This document shows, piece after piece, positions 40,345 to 53,370 of a stretch of 64,000 nucleotides of DNA. The stretch is from contig CM082588.2 in assembly GCA_040954595.2 (NCBI GenBank), positions 7,734,844 through 7,798,843 on the forward strand. Direction: 5' to 3'. Position 1 is the stretch's first letter. Each line of letters starts with the position of its first letter. The notes beneath the pieces are model-generated. The model was not told the origin of the DNA. It worked only from the letters and a program-made list of their open reading frames with translations, and ran no database searches. This DNA is from Balanoglossus misakiensis. Taxonomy: Eukaryota > Animalia > Hemichordata. Both the position numbers and the translations under genes were made by a program.

Positions 40345-43160
40345 ATAATTCTGCAGGGTTTGAGTGGCTTAAAGACTATCTCAAAGGATTGTACAGCCAT
40401 GACTTTGACAAGTTCCAACCATTGCCGTGGAATGAAAACTTCTCGCTTCATTTATCTGATGTGTATACCCGACTGAAGATGGTAGAGGTTGATGAAAGGG
40501 GTAAGATCATTGAAGACAATGAAGAAAATGACACTGTAGTTCATGAGAGTGCAATATTTGAAGCAGATAGAAAAGGAGTGAGACCATGTAGAATAAGAAT
40601 TGAAGGACCTCCAGCTATTGGCAAGTCAATGTTTTGTAGAAAGCTGGCCTACAACTGGGCTTGTGGCAAATTAGAGCAATTTAAATTAGTCTTTCTGTTG
40701 GAAATGAGATATATGAGTAAAGAATCAATCATAGAAACCATATTTGATCAATTACTTCCTGATGATGCAGAAATATCCAGAGATGAGCTTGACAAGGTTC
40801 TGAAAAGGAATGCAGATTCTGTACTGTTCCTTTGTGATGGTTTGGATGAAATGTGTAAGGATTTCAAGGAAAGTTCCGATATTAGTCGGATTATTGCAAA
40901 GAAATTATTGCCAAGATGTACAGTAGCTATCACAACCAGGCCCCATGAATGTGACACACAGCTGAAAAACTGTGATTCACATTATCACATACAGGGCTTC
41001 ACAATGAGAGATTGTAGGGAATATATCAGGAAGTACTTCAAGCATGAGTCTGAGACTGGTGAGAATTTGATCACAAATTTAGAACAAAACCTCCAGTTTG
41101 AGTGGTTGGATGATTTCCTTAGTAATCCCTTACATGTTTCATTTCTTTGTGTACTGTGGGAGGATCATCAAGATGGTGACCATTTCCCAACTAGAGTGAC
41201 AGAGTTGTATTTTGAAGTATTGAAGTGTATTTTGAAGAGGTATTGTTCCAAGACTGGAGTCAGTCTTGATGAACAAGGAGAAGTACCCATTGGTATCATG
41301 GCTGATGTAAATAAACTGGCTGCCATTGCTTATAATTATCTGAAACAGGGCAAAATACTCATAAATGAGGTAGATGTGATGCCAACATGGCTCTTGTCAC
41401 TAGGGTTACTTGTGCGTGATTGCGGTGTATCTCGCACAAAACCAAAGAAAGTTTGTTTCTTCTGTCACAAAACTTGGCTGGAATATTTTGCTGCTTTACA
41501 TATTGCTGAATGTGTGAAGGACACTGCTTCCTTTGATGAGTTTCAATTTCTATCTGACGACATTTATGACCGCAATTTCCAAGTCTTTGTATTTCTGACT
41601 GGCACTCTGAAGGAGAAAGCTGGTCCAGTATTTAAGGAAATTGGGATGGAGATGTGCAAGTCTGCAGGTGATGCTGACTTAATAGGCAAAATGTACAGAT
41701 ATATAGATTTCTTACATGAAAGTGTCAATTATCAAGCATTTTTGAAATTCATAGAACCCATTATTTTTCAATTTATGCATTTCATTTGTAATCCTTTATT
41801 TTATTTAAAAGTAAGACCTTCTATGGTTGTCAATTCTTTGTCTTCACCGTCACCTTATATTGTAGGTGACGATTTGAATTGTCATACATTGTATTATAAA
41901 GTTAGTTACTTGATGATAATCATTGATATGCTGAAGTATAAACACTCACATGAAAGTAGACCCAAATTTGATAACAATCTCCAGTTAAATATAAACAATA
42001 TGCAATCATCAGAGATTTCCTATTTGGCAGAGGCACTGGAGAAGAATCTTATTTCTCTTGAATGGCTTGTGTTGTATGTGACTTCATCCAGTGACAAGAA
42101 TCTGCTTCAGTTGGCAAAAGCTATCAGAGAAACCAAAGCAGTACAAAACATTTATATCAATATATATGATAGGGATAATGTTGTTGTCAGCACTCTCAAT
42201 GAAAAATGTAAGCAAGGCACCTCAAATAAAGAAACAGATTTGACATCACACACTTTAAGAAACCTTATTGAAAATGCTGTGAAAAATGAGCATATTGATT
42301 GTTTGTCATTGCGTACAGTTGACCGGTCTGACCATCAACGGGAGAATATTGATAACATTGTTCCATATAATTCATTGAAACAGGCCAGGCACTTTCATAA
42401 TATTGTGGAAACCGAAACAGGTGTAAATAGCGTATTATTGAAAGTTGCTGATATGCTTGAACACTGTCAATCTACCAAGGTTTGTCATTTGGTACTTTTT
42501 GATTACAGATATTCTGCCATTGAGGGCTGTACTGCAAGAGCTTTGTTAAAAGCTATTGAAAATATCAGCAAAACAATTAAATCTCTTAGTTTGATTGTCA
42601 CAGCAGAATTTGTAAATATACCTTATACATCTGATGTTGTGAATAAGATTTTACAAATTTTGATATCTAACACCACATTAGAGGATCTTAAGTTATTTAT
42701 ACAGAATGAAAATGTTGATGCTGTATCGAAGTTTATTCAATGTAATAAGTATGTCAAGTCACTGTCCTTTGCTCTGTATCAGTCCAGAATGAGCACAGAC
42801 CATTTATGTTCAGCTCTCTGTGCTGCTTTGAGTTCCAATACAACTCTGGAAAGCTTTGCGCTGGAGTTTTGTTATGAGTGTGATATAGTTCATAGTATCC
42901 CTGAACTTTCCACTGAGCATAAGTATATAAGTCAATTGATTTTACCAATACATAGGTTATTGTGTGATGGAAAAACTGCATTGAAGACGATTTCATTTAC
43001 TTTTCCATCACAATGTCCAGAACGCAGTGATTATATTGTCAATGTCATGACCGAGTATTTTAAAGGAAATGTTTCAGAGTCATACCAATACACTGTGAAG
43101 AAGCACATCTGGTATGACTTGTATTTTCACGTTCTGAAATTATTCATCAGTGGACCCTAG
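40345..43160 (+). CDS. NLR copy 4, NACHT-LRR exon
   Basis: Acceptor ttttctacag|AT; NACHT motifs intact. Confidence 0.92.
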
Positions 43161-43391
43161 ACAATGCTGAATGCCACATTTGCATAAGATGCATTCTGCT
43201 ATATGGGGGAAATTCTCCATGAAAAATTGCAAACTTTAAATTTTTTTACACTTAATTTAAGGTACAGAAATAAAATATACCAGGTAACAGACTATACTAT
43301 AGATATCAATGCTTGCACAGTTAGACAAACTGTCAAGGAATTTTTAACATACTGTATCCAGATAGAAATATATCAATTTACTAAGGACACA

Positions 43392-43920
43392 AAGTGAACA
43401 AGTAAACAAAATTTGATTTGTTCACTTTATAACAGTACTAGAATCAAATGTCTACCACGAATTGTTTTTCTTGACCCAAACTATGACAATTTCAAAAGGC
43501 TTACGAGTTCCACAGATTTACGGGTATTATTGAATATTTGCAAGTATGTTTATAAAGCTATGGCTGTGAGAAGAACGGCCACTTATAGGATGAATAATAT
43601 TATTCAACTTTCTTTGTATTTGTGTAGTCTGCATTCACTTTGTATTTGTGTGATGTATTACTTTATTTGAGAACTGGATGTTCTCCTTGCATTTGGACCT
43701 GAGGTCTTGAAATGCAATAAATTACTATTATTATTACTGGCTGTGAGAAGAGCAGCCACTTGCCACTCATAGAGTGTATAATATTGTTAAACTTTCTTTG
43801 TATTTGTGTAGTCTGCATTCACTTTGTATTTGTGTGATGTATTATTTTATTTGAGAACTGGAAGTTCTCCTTGCATTTGGACCTGAGGTCTTCAAACGCA
43901 ATAAATTACTATAATTATTA
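43392..43920 (+). repeat. LINE 3' fragment with 2 tail units
   Basis: Units start near 43561 and 43738. Confidence 0.8.
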
Positions 43921-44764
43921 CGAAGGACACAATTTGTATGTAAGGAAATATGCGGAGAGTAGCAGAATATTTATTTAAACCAAGTGACACACTTTTGTAA
44001 GACACATTCCTGTACAGATTCAATTTAGTTCTGTTTCTTACCTCTATGAAAAAATGCCAACATTTGCTGGAAATTGTATGAGACTATCAAGTTTGGAGAT
44101 GGCACAAGAGTTTATATATCTTAACTCATTGTTATTCATTTGCTTATTTCTATTTCTTGCTTTACTTTGTTATTTTTTTTATTGAAATGTTTTTTCTTAA
44201 TTTCTATAGAACCTGTAAATGAGACTTGTTTCAGTTGGTCTTCCTTGAAATAAATATAGTCTGAGAAGAAAGCAATTCTGCAAAATCTGTTTTCTTTATT
44301 TGGTCTAAACTAGTTTTTGGGGGTTGACAAATGAAATACACTTGTATTGCAAAATGGTATTTTTTGGTGCACATTTAACGCAGAAACAGTTGACCTTGGA
44401 AATCATATGATTTCCAACAAATTTTCTCAAAAAACAACAGAAAATACTAGTTGTAGGTATTTGGATGTTTTCTCACGCCATCTCTTAAAAATTCTCCAAA
44501 AAAAAAGAGATACCATCGTATAAAACTGATTTAAAGGTATACAATCACCTCCAATTTACATACGCCCATATATGGCTGAAATGGTGTATTTGAGTGTTCT
44601 AAAAAACATATGGTGGCGCCCTTTTTTTCGCGTGTGCCACCCATTGAAAATCTGTGATTGGCTAGATCTCAATTTGCCATGGTAACTGTAGCTAACTGTA
44701 TACCTTTAATTACTTGAGCTGCCACAAGATTGCCTCAGTGTTTTTGCTAAGGCCGGGAAACACT

Positions 44765-45185
44765 GGTAAATGAGTTGGGAACCCTGGTAACACTTCTGCT
44801 AGCTACCAATATGACTGCATTGACATACAAATGGGGAACTCTGGTAAAATGACTGGGGAACCCTGGTAACGCTTCTGCTATCTACCAATACGACTGCATT
44901 GACATACAAAGGGGAACCCTGGTATTAAACACTTCTGCTAGCTACTACTATGACTGCATTGACATACAAAGGGGAACCCTGGTAACACTTCTGCTAGATA
45001 CCAATATGACTGCATTGACATACAAAGGGGAACCCTGGTATTAAACACTTCTGCTAGCTACTACTATGACTGCATTGACATACAAAGGGGAACCCTGTCA
45101 ATGCTTCTGCTAGCTACCAATATGACTGCATTGACATACAAAGGGGAACTCTGGTAAAATGACTGGGGAACCCCGGTAACATTTA
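44765..45185. repeat. Locally expanded ~56-75-bp tandem repeat
   Basis: GGGAACCCTGGTAACACTTCTGCTAGCTACCAATATGACTGCATTGACATACAAAG about 6 times here; about once at the paralogous sites. Confidence 0.8.
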
Positions 45186-45388
45186 TCTGGCTACTGCCCT
45201 TAACAAAATCACTGCACTTTCTCTGCTATTTCAGTCCAAAGAACAATTACACCAGGAAAAATATGTGTGTCAATTAACGTCTTAAAAATAGAAAACATTG
45301 CAAGGGTTTCCTGAGCTTAGTCCCTTCTCAGGTCCAAAATGATGTAGTGTAAATTTTTTCCTCCCAAATGGGGACTGGTGGTGTTCCT

Positions 45389-45475
45389 TCAGTAAAACGA
45401 AAAATAATTCTCGCTCCTCCCATCATTTGTGTACTTGTACGCACAGTCCAATATATATTTCAGTCTGCCGTACAT
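45389..45475 (-). pseudogene. Orphan last exon of DUF4211 gene
   Basis: Copy of 18978-19064. Confidence 0.75.
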
Positions 45476-46093
45476 CTGCAAGAGAAAAAAGAAATGTATT
45501 CAAAGTCCATGAGCTGTAAGTTTAAGATTTTTTGAAATTATTGAGATCTTTGTATCAAGAACAGTTTCTCCTCGACTGATTTAAACATCATGAAATGCTC
45601 ACTGTTTATCAACACAGTTCATGTCTGTGCATGCAATCAGCATTGTTTGTTTGTTTGTGAACACTTGAATTCATTTCTCCAGAAACACTTACCACCAGTA
45701 TTACTTGTACACAGACTATGTTGACAAGCAGAACACTTTTTAGCATAATGAAAACGTACAGTCAAATAATAAAGCTAATGCCCAATTAAAAAGTACTAGA
45801 CCATGGCGTACATTTGAGTTTGAATGTCTCAAATAAACACTGATAGTTGGTGATAGTGATAAGTATATCTTTGGTGGTTGAGTTATGTTAGTATTATCTC
45901 CACAAATACTGCAACCCATCCAACATTACATTTTGAAAGCTTGTTGATGATGTCATCAACATAGACATAAATAAATATGGGAAAGTACACCTCCTTAACC
46001 TAACTACATGGATATATAGACGAACCCCCTATTAGCATTTTGACCTATCTGAAGTCAAATGCCATGAATATATTTAGGCGAAAACGAGGTTGA

Positions 46094-46104
46094 GGGGATT
46101 CCCC
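46094..46104 (+). promoter_or_regulatory. NF-kappaB-type site upstream of NLR copy 5
   Basis: GGGGATTCCCC. Confidence 0.55.
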
Positions 46105-46596
46105 GATGATATCACCATTACGGAAAACCATATATTTCTTTTTTGTTTATATGTACTTGCCTCCTAGTATTTTGCGCCAATGTCAGTGGCCTTCACATTT
46201 GAAATCGTAGCCCCCAAACATTGATTTGTTGGACTTTTCTACTCATATGATATAAAGTTACGAAAAACTTCATCTGATTGTATCCATTCTAACCACTTAA
46301 CTCTAGAACTCAAAATATTTCAAGTGAGTTTCACATATACATATACATGGAATGGTAAGGCCAGTCAAAATAGAAATGACGACTGTTTTCACAAGCTTCT
46401 GTTAGTTGCGGTTCAGACTGCGTGTTTGTGATTTGCACACAGAGTTGGAATTTGCGCCTGGTTTTTAGCAAATGTGAACATTTTAGTGTATCACCAACAC
46501 TGTTCGAGGTAATCTTGGAATTGGAGGTCTTCATATATCTGCGCCTAAGTGCTTCCAGAACTGGAGTCAAGTTGTGTTTTGCGATATCGTACAAAG

Positions 46597-47929
46597 ATGG
46601 CGACTGGTGGTGCATTTTTAACTACAGCCGAGAAGGTGAATCACGCTAGACTTTGTCGACTACTTATCGACGGCGGATCTAAAGCGGTGAGATGTGTATT
46701 TGACAGCAAGATTCCACCTAATGTGCTTGCAAACACCCTTAACAAGCATAAGGTTTCCTTAGTAAGACTACGAATGTCGTATAAAGGACCTAATCCAGGT
46801 CAAAAGGTTATCAGTGATGGTCAGTGGGATCTGTTATACCCAACCCAACCCAACCTTGTCAAGTCTGAACATTTCGACATTACACTGCTCACAGTTTTAT
46901 TACGGAATATCTGTGGCCTTCGACATCCAAGAGATAGAGTATGGACACATCCCTCCCCTGGTGATCTCCGTGTTGAAGCTGATGTGGCCCGAATAAGAGA
47001 GTTCAGGAATAGACTTCAACATATGACGGGCACAGCTGTCCCCGACAGCGAATTTCAATCTTTCTGGGATGACATTAGTAAAGTATTGGTACGTCTTGGC
47101 GCTAAGCAGGGAGATATCGATCAGTTGAAGACTGTGAGTATGGACCTTGCTGAGACAGACAAATACGAACAAACTTTAAAGGACTGGGAAGAATCCGACA
47201 TGGTGCTGGAAAAGTTCCTACAGCGTATGGAAGAGAAAGTTGACGATCTTGGTCAGAATCAACAAGAAACGACTCAACATCTTGGTCAGATATCAGAGAC
47301 ACAGAGTGGCCATAGCAGTACTTTGGCTGATATCGAACAGAACCAACAAGAAACGACTCAACATCTTAGTCAGATATCAGAGACACAGAGTGGCCATAGC
47401 AGTACTTTGGCTGATATCGAACAGAACCAACGGGAGAACCAACAAGAAACGACTCAACATCTTGGTCAGATATCAGAGACACAGAGTGGCCATAGCAGTA
47501 CTTTGGCTGATATCGAACAGAACCAACGGGAGAACCAACAAGAAACGACTCAACATCTTGGTCAGATATCAGAGACACAGAGTGACCATAGCAGTACTTT
47601 GGCTGATATCGAACAGAACCAACGGGAGAACCAACAAGAAACGACTCAACATCTTGGTCAGATATCAGAGACACAGAGTGACCACAGCAGTACTTTGACT
47701 GATATCGAACAGAACCAACGGGAGAACCAACAAGAAACGACTCAACATCTTGGTCAGATATCAGAGACACAGAGTGACCATAGCAGTACTTTGGCTGATA
47801 TCGAACAGAACCAACGGGAGAACCAACAAGAAACAACTCAACATCTTGGTCAGATATCAGAGACACTGGTTGACATCAAAGAAGGCCTCAAGACTTCACA
47901 TACCAGTGAGTCAAGAACATGTGTTCCAG
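46597..47929 (+). CDS. NLR copy 5, exon 1: HEPN + 6-unit coiled-coil repeat
   Basis: RNRLQH intact; repeat 47284-47847 = 564 bp = SLLLLL. Confidence 0.9.
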
Positions 47930-48320
47930 GTAATAATTAAGATTGACAAGTGGAATGCATTTCTATGGCTGAAATCTACAATCTTGTACATGTAGGTTTT
48001 TTTATATTTTGTGTAATTTTTGGTCAAACTCAATTTTTCCTTCATGGTCTCATAAATTATATGTGCAGATAAGAAATCATATTCCAACTTGGTCAGATGA
48101 CCCTGAGGGCCAATCTGGGTTAGCTTATTTCACATCTCAAGTCTTACATCATAATCATACATTGCATAGACCATTTATAAGCAAGTTTTATACTTATTTT
48201 TGCAATATATGAGAATGGGAATAATCAGGAAATCACGATAATTACAATTCCACTTTTATGGGGAGTCCAAATATCATGTTAGGTGGTGACATGTTGAGTT
48301 TTTGCCTCCAGTTATCTTAA

Positions 48321-48602
48321 AGGGACGTCGATTCTCTCTCACTTCCCCTTTTCCATTAATAAATGTTTGATACACGACACTGTTTATGTTATTCTACATG
48401 TGGATATATACCAAGTGAATCAACGTTCGACCGCACACAACTTCCATCCCACTTGTATGATATGAGAGCAACAAATCTCGCCAAAATGAATATGGTCGAA
48501 TGTTGATTCACTATATATTCACAAGTATATAACATAAACAGTGTCTTGTATCAAATATAATTAATGGAAAAAGGACAGCGAGAGAGAGACTTTAATGTCC
48601 CT
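48321..48602. mobile_element. TTAA-flanked MITE (Kolobok-like) in intron 1 of copy 5
   Basis: Same insertion site as 39201-39486. Confidence 0.7.
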
Positions 48603-48700
48603 TTAATGGCGACATCATGGTTGCTTAGTTTGAAAAAAAGATTCTGTTGTACACCACCATTAAAAATAACTTTTCTATAAATTCTCTCCTTTATCTCAAG

Positions 48701-48832
48701 ATGTTTCCTGTGCTTGGTGCAACTGTAAGAGTGATAATCTCAAGAAGTGTACCCGCTGTTGTGCAGTGATGTATTGTGGGAAAGACTGTCAGAAACAACA
48801 CTGGAAGAAAGGTCACAGAGAAGAATGCAAAG
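48701..48832 (+). CDS. NLR copy 5, MYND zinc-finger exon with full ligand set
   Basis: CAWC...LKKCTRCCAVMYCGKDCQKQHWKKGHREECK fits CxxC-CxxC-YCxxxCQxxxW-HxxxC. Confidence 0.75.
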
Positions 48833-48884
48833 GTACAATTGATCTTTTTCTGAACTCCACGTGACCCCACGAGATTTCACGTAG

Positions 48885-49564
48885 CCACAGACAAAGAGAA
48901 AAACAGACTAGCAATGCTATTGTCAAAAGGTGTGAAGTACATCTCCTAATCCCCCTATGCGTGTCTCAGCTCACCTTCAAGGTGCAGCTTGTCTCCGAAG
49001 ATTTCCGAACGTATCCACTTCGGCAATGTCCGGAATTTTCGCGATAATAAAACGAAAGTGTTTTCGTGAAAGTTCGTGTTGTCGTTTTCAGTCAGCTGTA
49101 GACGGAAGGCGAGTGGACAGTGAAAATTGGAGGAAGTTTGAGCATCGGAGCGATGAGTTTTACCATTTAATAAAAACTTATGAATATATATTAAGTGTGT
49201 TTGATCGTAAATTTGAAAAGGTTTAATCATCAATCTCGATTTGGAATGGATTACTGTTCGCCGAATCGTGTTCTGTAAACTTGCATGGGATGTAGATGCA
49301 AATTTTACTTCTAACGTGTAAATCAAGTGTAAATCGTGGTCGTCGTGAAGTAGTGTTTCAGTCGAGTCCTGAGTGCAAAGCTGTGTCAGGCAAGGTACTG
49401 CAGCTGTCGATAATGACGCAACCGCAAAGTATTCTGGGAAGTCTCCTCAGTGTCTAACCCATTTGACACATTTGAAGCCTATTGTTTGCCGTTGTTTGCC
49501 CAGGTGAACAAGACATCAAAGGGACATGCCGCATTGCTAGTCTGTTTTTTCTCTTTGTCTGTGG
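48885..49564. mobile_element. TIR element unique to copy 5 intron 2
   Basis: ~33-bp TIR CCACAGACAAAGAGAAAAACAGACTAGCAATGC ... GCATTGCTAGTCTGTTTTTTCTCTTTGTCTGTGG. Confidence 0.75.
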
Positions 49565-50270
49565 TTTAATCCATTATTTGTTTCAATTTGAACACCAATA
49601 TGTCATGTCCCCATGAACCAGTCAGGTCACAGAGAAGAATGCAAAGGTACAATTGATCATTTTCTGAACTCCACGTGACCCCACGAGATTTCACGTAGCT
49701 AAGCAATTTATATGGGAGGACACTCCCCTGGCACAGGGCAAACAATTATCGCATGTCCCACCATATTCAGTGGCACAAACAATTTCCTTTTTTGTTAAAC
49801 TCTGCACCTATTCTAATTTCTTAGCTACCAACCCGTTGCTATAGTAATTAACCAAGTCTCAGGAGATTTCTCAATGAGCTGGAAATCATCATTGTTAAAG
49901 TCTGAACCTATATTCTAGTTACATACCAAGCTAGATAGTATGAAAATATTCACACACACCTTTTAGTACATGTAAGAACTTATAAATAAGATACTGAAAA
50001 TCTCCATGTTTCACGCATAATGTTTGTATTCTCATGTGCAGAGCTGTCTGTCAAAAAGCTGGGGGTAATCACGACATGACCCTGCCTATGTGGGACACAA
50101 TATGTGGTTCATATACTACAGTAGTTGTGGGTCACAAGACTTCTAGTATACCATATGTAACCCCTGACTATATTATACTTAGTACAATGATGTTTTACAG
50201 CTTGTGAAAATAGTAAACTAAATCTGCAATACAAAAGTCATACTATCAATATTATATTGTTTTTCTACAG

Positions 50271-53134
50271 ATACTTCTGCAGGGTTTGAGTGGCTTAAAG
50301 ACTATCTCAAAGAATTGTACAGCCATGACTTTGACAAGTTCCAACCATTGCCATGGAATGAAAACTTCTCACTCCATTTATCTGATGTCTATACCCGACT
50401 GAAGATGGTAGAGGTTGATGAAAGGGGTAAGATCATTAAGGACAATGAAGAAAATGACACTGTAGTTCATGAAAGTGCAATATTTGAAGCAGATAGAAAA
50501 GGAGTGAGACCACGTAGAATAAGAATTGAAGGACCTCCAGCTATTGGCAAGTCAATGTTTAGTAGAAAACTGGCCTACAACTGGGCTTGTGGCAAATTAG
50601 AGCAATTTAAATTAGTCTTTCTGTTGGAAATGAGATATATGAGTAAAGAATCAATCATATCAACCATATTTGATCAATTACTTCCTGATGATGCAGAAAT
50701 TTCCAGAGATGAGCTTGACAAGGTTCTGAAAAGGAATGCAGATTCTGTGCTGTTCCTCTGTGATGGTTTGGATGAAATGTGTAAGGATTTCAAGGAAAGT
50801 TCCGATATTAGTCGGATTATTGCAAAGAAATTATTGCCAAGATGTACAGTAGCTATCACAACCAGGCCCCATGAATGTGACACACAGTTGAAAAACTGTG
50901 ATTCACATTATCACATAGAGGGCTTCACAAAGAGTGATTGTTGGGAATATATCAGGAAGTATTTCAAGCATGAGTCTGAGACTGGTGAGAATTTGATCAT
51001 AAATTTATTACAAAACCTCTGGTTTGAATGGTTGGGTGATTTCCTTAGTAATCCCTTACATGTTTCATTTCTTTGTGTACTGTGGGAGGATCATCAAGAT
51101 GGTGACCATTTCCCAACTAGAGTGACAGAGTTGTATTTTGAAGTATTGAAGTGTATTTTGAAGAGGTATTGTTCCAAGACTGGAGTCAGTCTTGATCAAC
51201 AGGGAGAAGTACCTGTTGATATCATGGCTGATGTAAATAAACTGGCAGCCATTGCTTATAATTATCTGAAACAGGGAAAAATACTCATAAATGAGGTAGA
51301 TGTGATGCCAACATGGCTCTTGTCACTAGGGTTACTTGTGCGTGATTGTGGTGTATCTCGCACAAAACCAAAGAAAGTTTGTTTCTTCTGTCACAAAAGT
51401 TGGCTGGAATATTTTGCTGCTTTACATATTGCTGAATGTGTGAAGGATACTGCTTCCTTTGATGAGTTTCAATTTCTATCTGTCGACATTGAACACAATT
51501 TCCAAGTCTTGGTATTTCTGACTGGCACTCTGAAGGAGAAAGCTGGTCAAGTATTTAAGGAAATTGGGATGGTGATGTGCAAGTCTGCAGATGGTCATGG
51601 CCTTGAGTTTAAAATGGACAGCTATATAGATGATCGCTTGAACAGCTATATAGCCCTCTTACATGAAAGTGTCAATTATCAAGCATTTTTGAAATTCATA
51701 GAACCCATCCTTTATCAATTTAAGTGTTTCATTTGTAATTCTTTATTTTTTAGAACAAGACCTATGGTTGTCAATTCTTTGTCTTCACCATCACCATACA
51801 TTCGAAGTGACGATTTGAATTTTCGTACATTGTATTATTCAGATAGTTACTTGATGATAATCATTGATATGCTGAAGTATGAACACTCATGTGAAAGTAG
51901 ACCCAAATTTGGTAAAATTCTTGAGATAGATATCAACAAAATGCAACCACCACAGATATCCTATTTGGCAGAGGCACTAGAGAAGAATCTTATTTCTCTT
52001 GAATGGCTTGTGTTGACTGTGAGTCTATCCAGTGGCAAGAATCTGCTTCAGTTGGCAAAAGCTATCAGAGAAACCAAAGCAGTACAAAACATTCATATCA
52101 TTGTAGATTATAGGGATAATGTTGTTGGCAGCACTCCCAATGAAAAATGTAAGCAAGGCACCTCAAATAAAGAAACAGATTTGACATCACGCACTTTAAG
52201 AAACCTTATCGAAAATGCTGTGAAAAATGAGCATATTGATTGTTTGTCATTGCATACAGTATACCTGTCTGACCATCAACAGGAGAATATTGATAACATT
52301 GTTCCATATAAGTCATTGAAACAGGCCAGGCACTTTCATAATTTTGTGGAAACCGAAACAGGTTCAAATAGCGTATTATTGAAAGTTGCTGATATGCTAG
52401 AACACTGTCAATCTACCAAGGTTTGTCATTTTGTATTTATTGACGATTTCATATCTGCCACTGAGGGCTGTACTGCAAGAGCTTTGTTAAAAGCTGTTCA
52501 AAATATCAGCAAAACAATTAATTCTCTTAGCTTGCTTGTCACATCAAAACCTGTATCTAGTATACTTGATATAGTTCTATCTGGATCATTGCCAATATGT
52601 CATGTTGTGAATGAGATTTTACACATTTTGAAGTCTAACACCACATTAGAGGATCTTAAGTTATTTATAGAGAATGACAATGTTGAGGCTTTATCGAAGT
52701 TTATTCAATGTAATAGGTATGTCAAGTCACTGTCCTTTGCTCTGTTTCAGTCCAGAATGAGCATAGACCATTTATGTTCAGCTCTCTGTGCTGCTTTGAG
52801 TTCCAATACAACTCTGGAAAGCTTTGCGCTGGAGTTTTGTTATGAGTTTGATATAGTTCATAGTAACACTGAACTTCCCACTGAGCATAAGTATATTAGT
52901 CAATTGATTTTACCAACACGTAGGTTATTGTGTGATGGAAAAACTGCATTGAAGACTATTTCATTAACTTTTAAATCATTTAGTCAAGAACGCAGTGATG
53001 ATATTGTCAATGTCATGACCGAGTATTTTAAAGGAAATGTTTCAGGGTCATACCAATACACTGTGAAGAGGTCGATCAATTACTTTGATGACATGCCTAT
53101 TCACGTTCTGAAAGTATCCATCAGTGGACCCTAG
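50271..53134 (+). CDS. NLR copy 5, NACHT-LRR exon
   Basis: Acceptor ttttctacag|AT; 939-aa ORF; NACHT motifs intact; two in-frame insertions in the sensor region. Confidence 0.92.
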
Positions 53135-53370
53135 AGAATGCTGAATGCCACATTTGCATAAGATGCATTCTGCTATATAGGGGAAATTCTCCATGAAAAA
53201 TTGTAAACTTTAAAATTTTTTTTACATACACTTAATTTAAGGTACAGAAATAAAATATACCAGGTAACAGACTATACTGTAGACATCAATGCTTGCACAG
53301 TTAGACAAACTGTCAAGGGATTTTCAACATATTGTATCCAGATGGAAATTTAATCAAATTACTAAGGACA

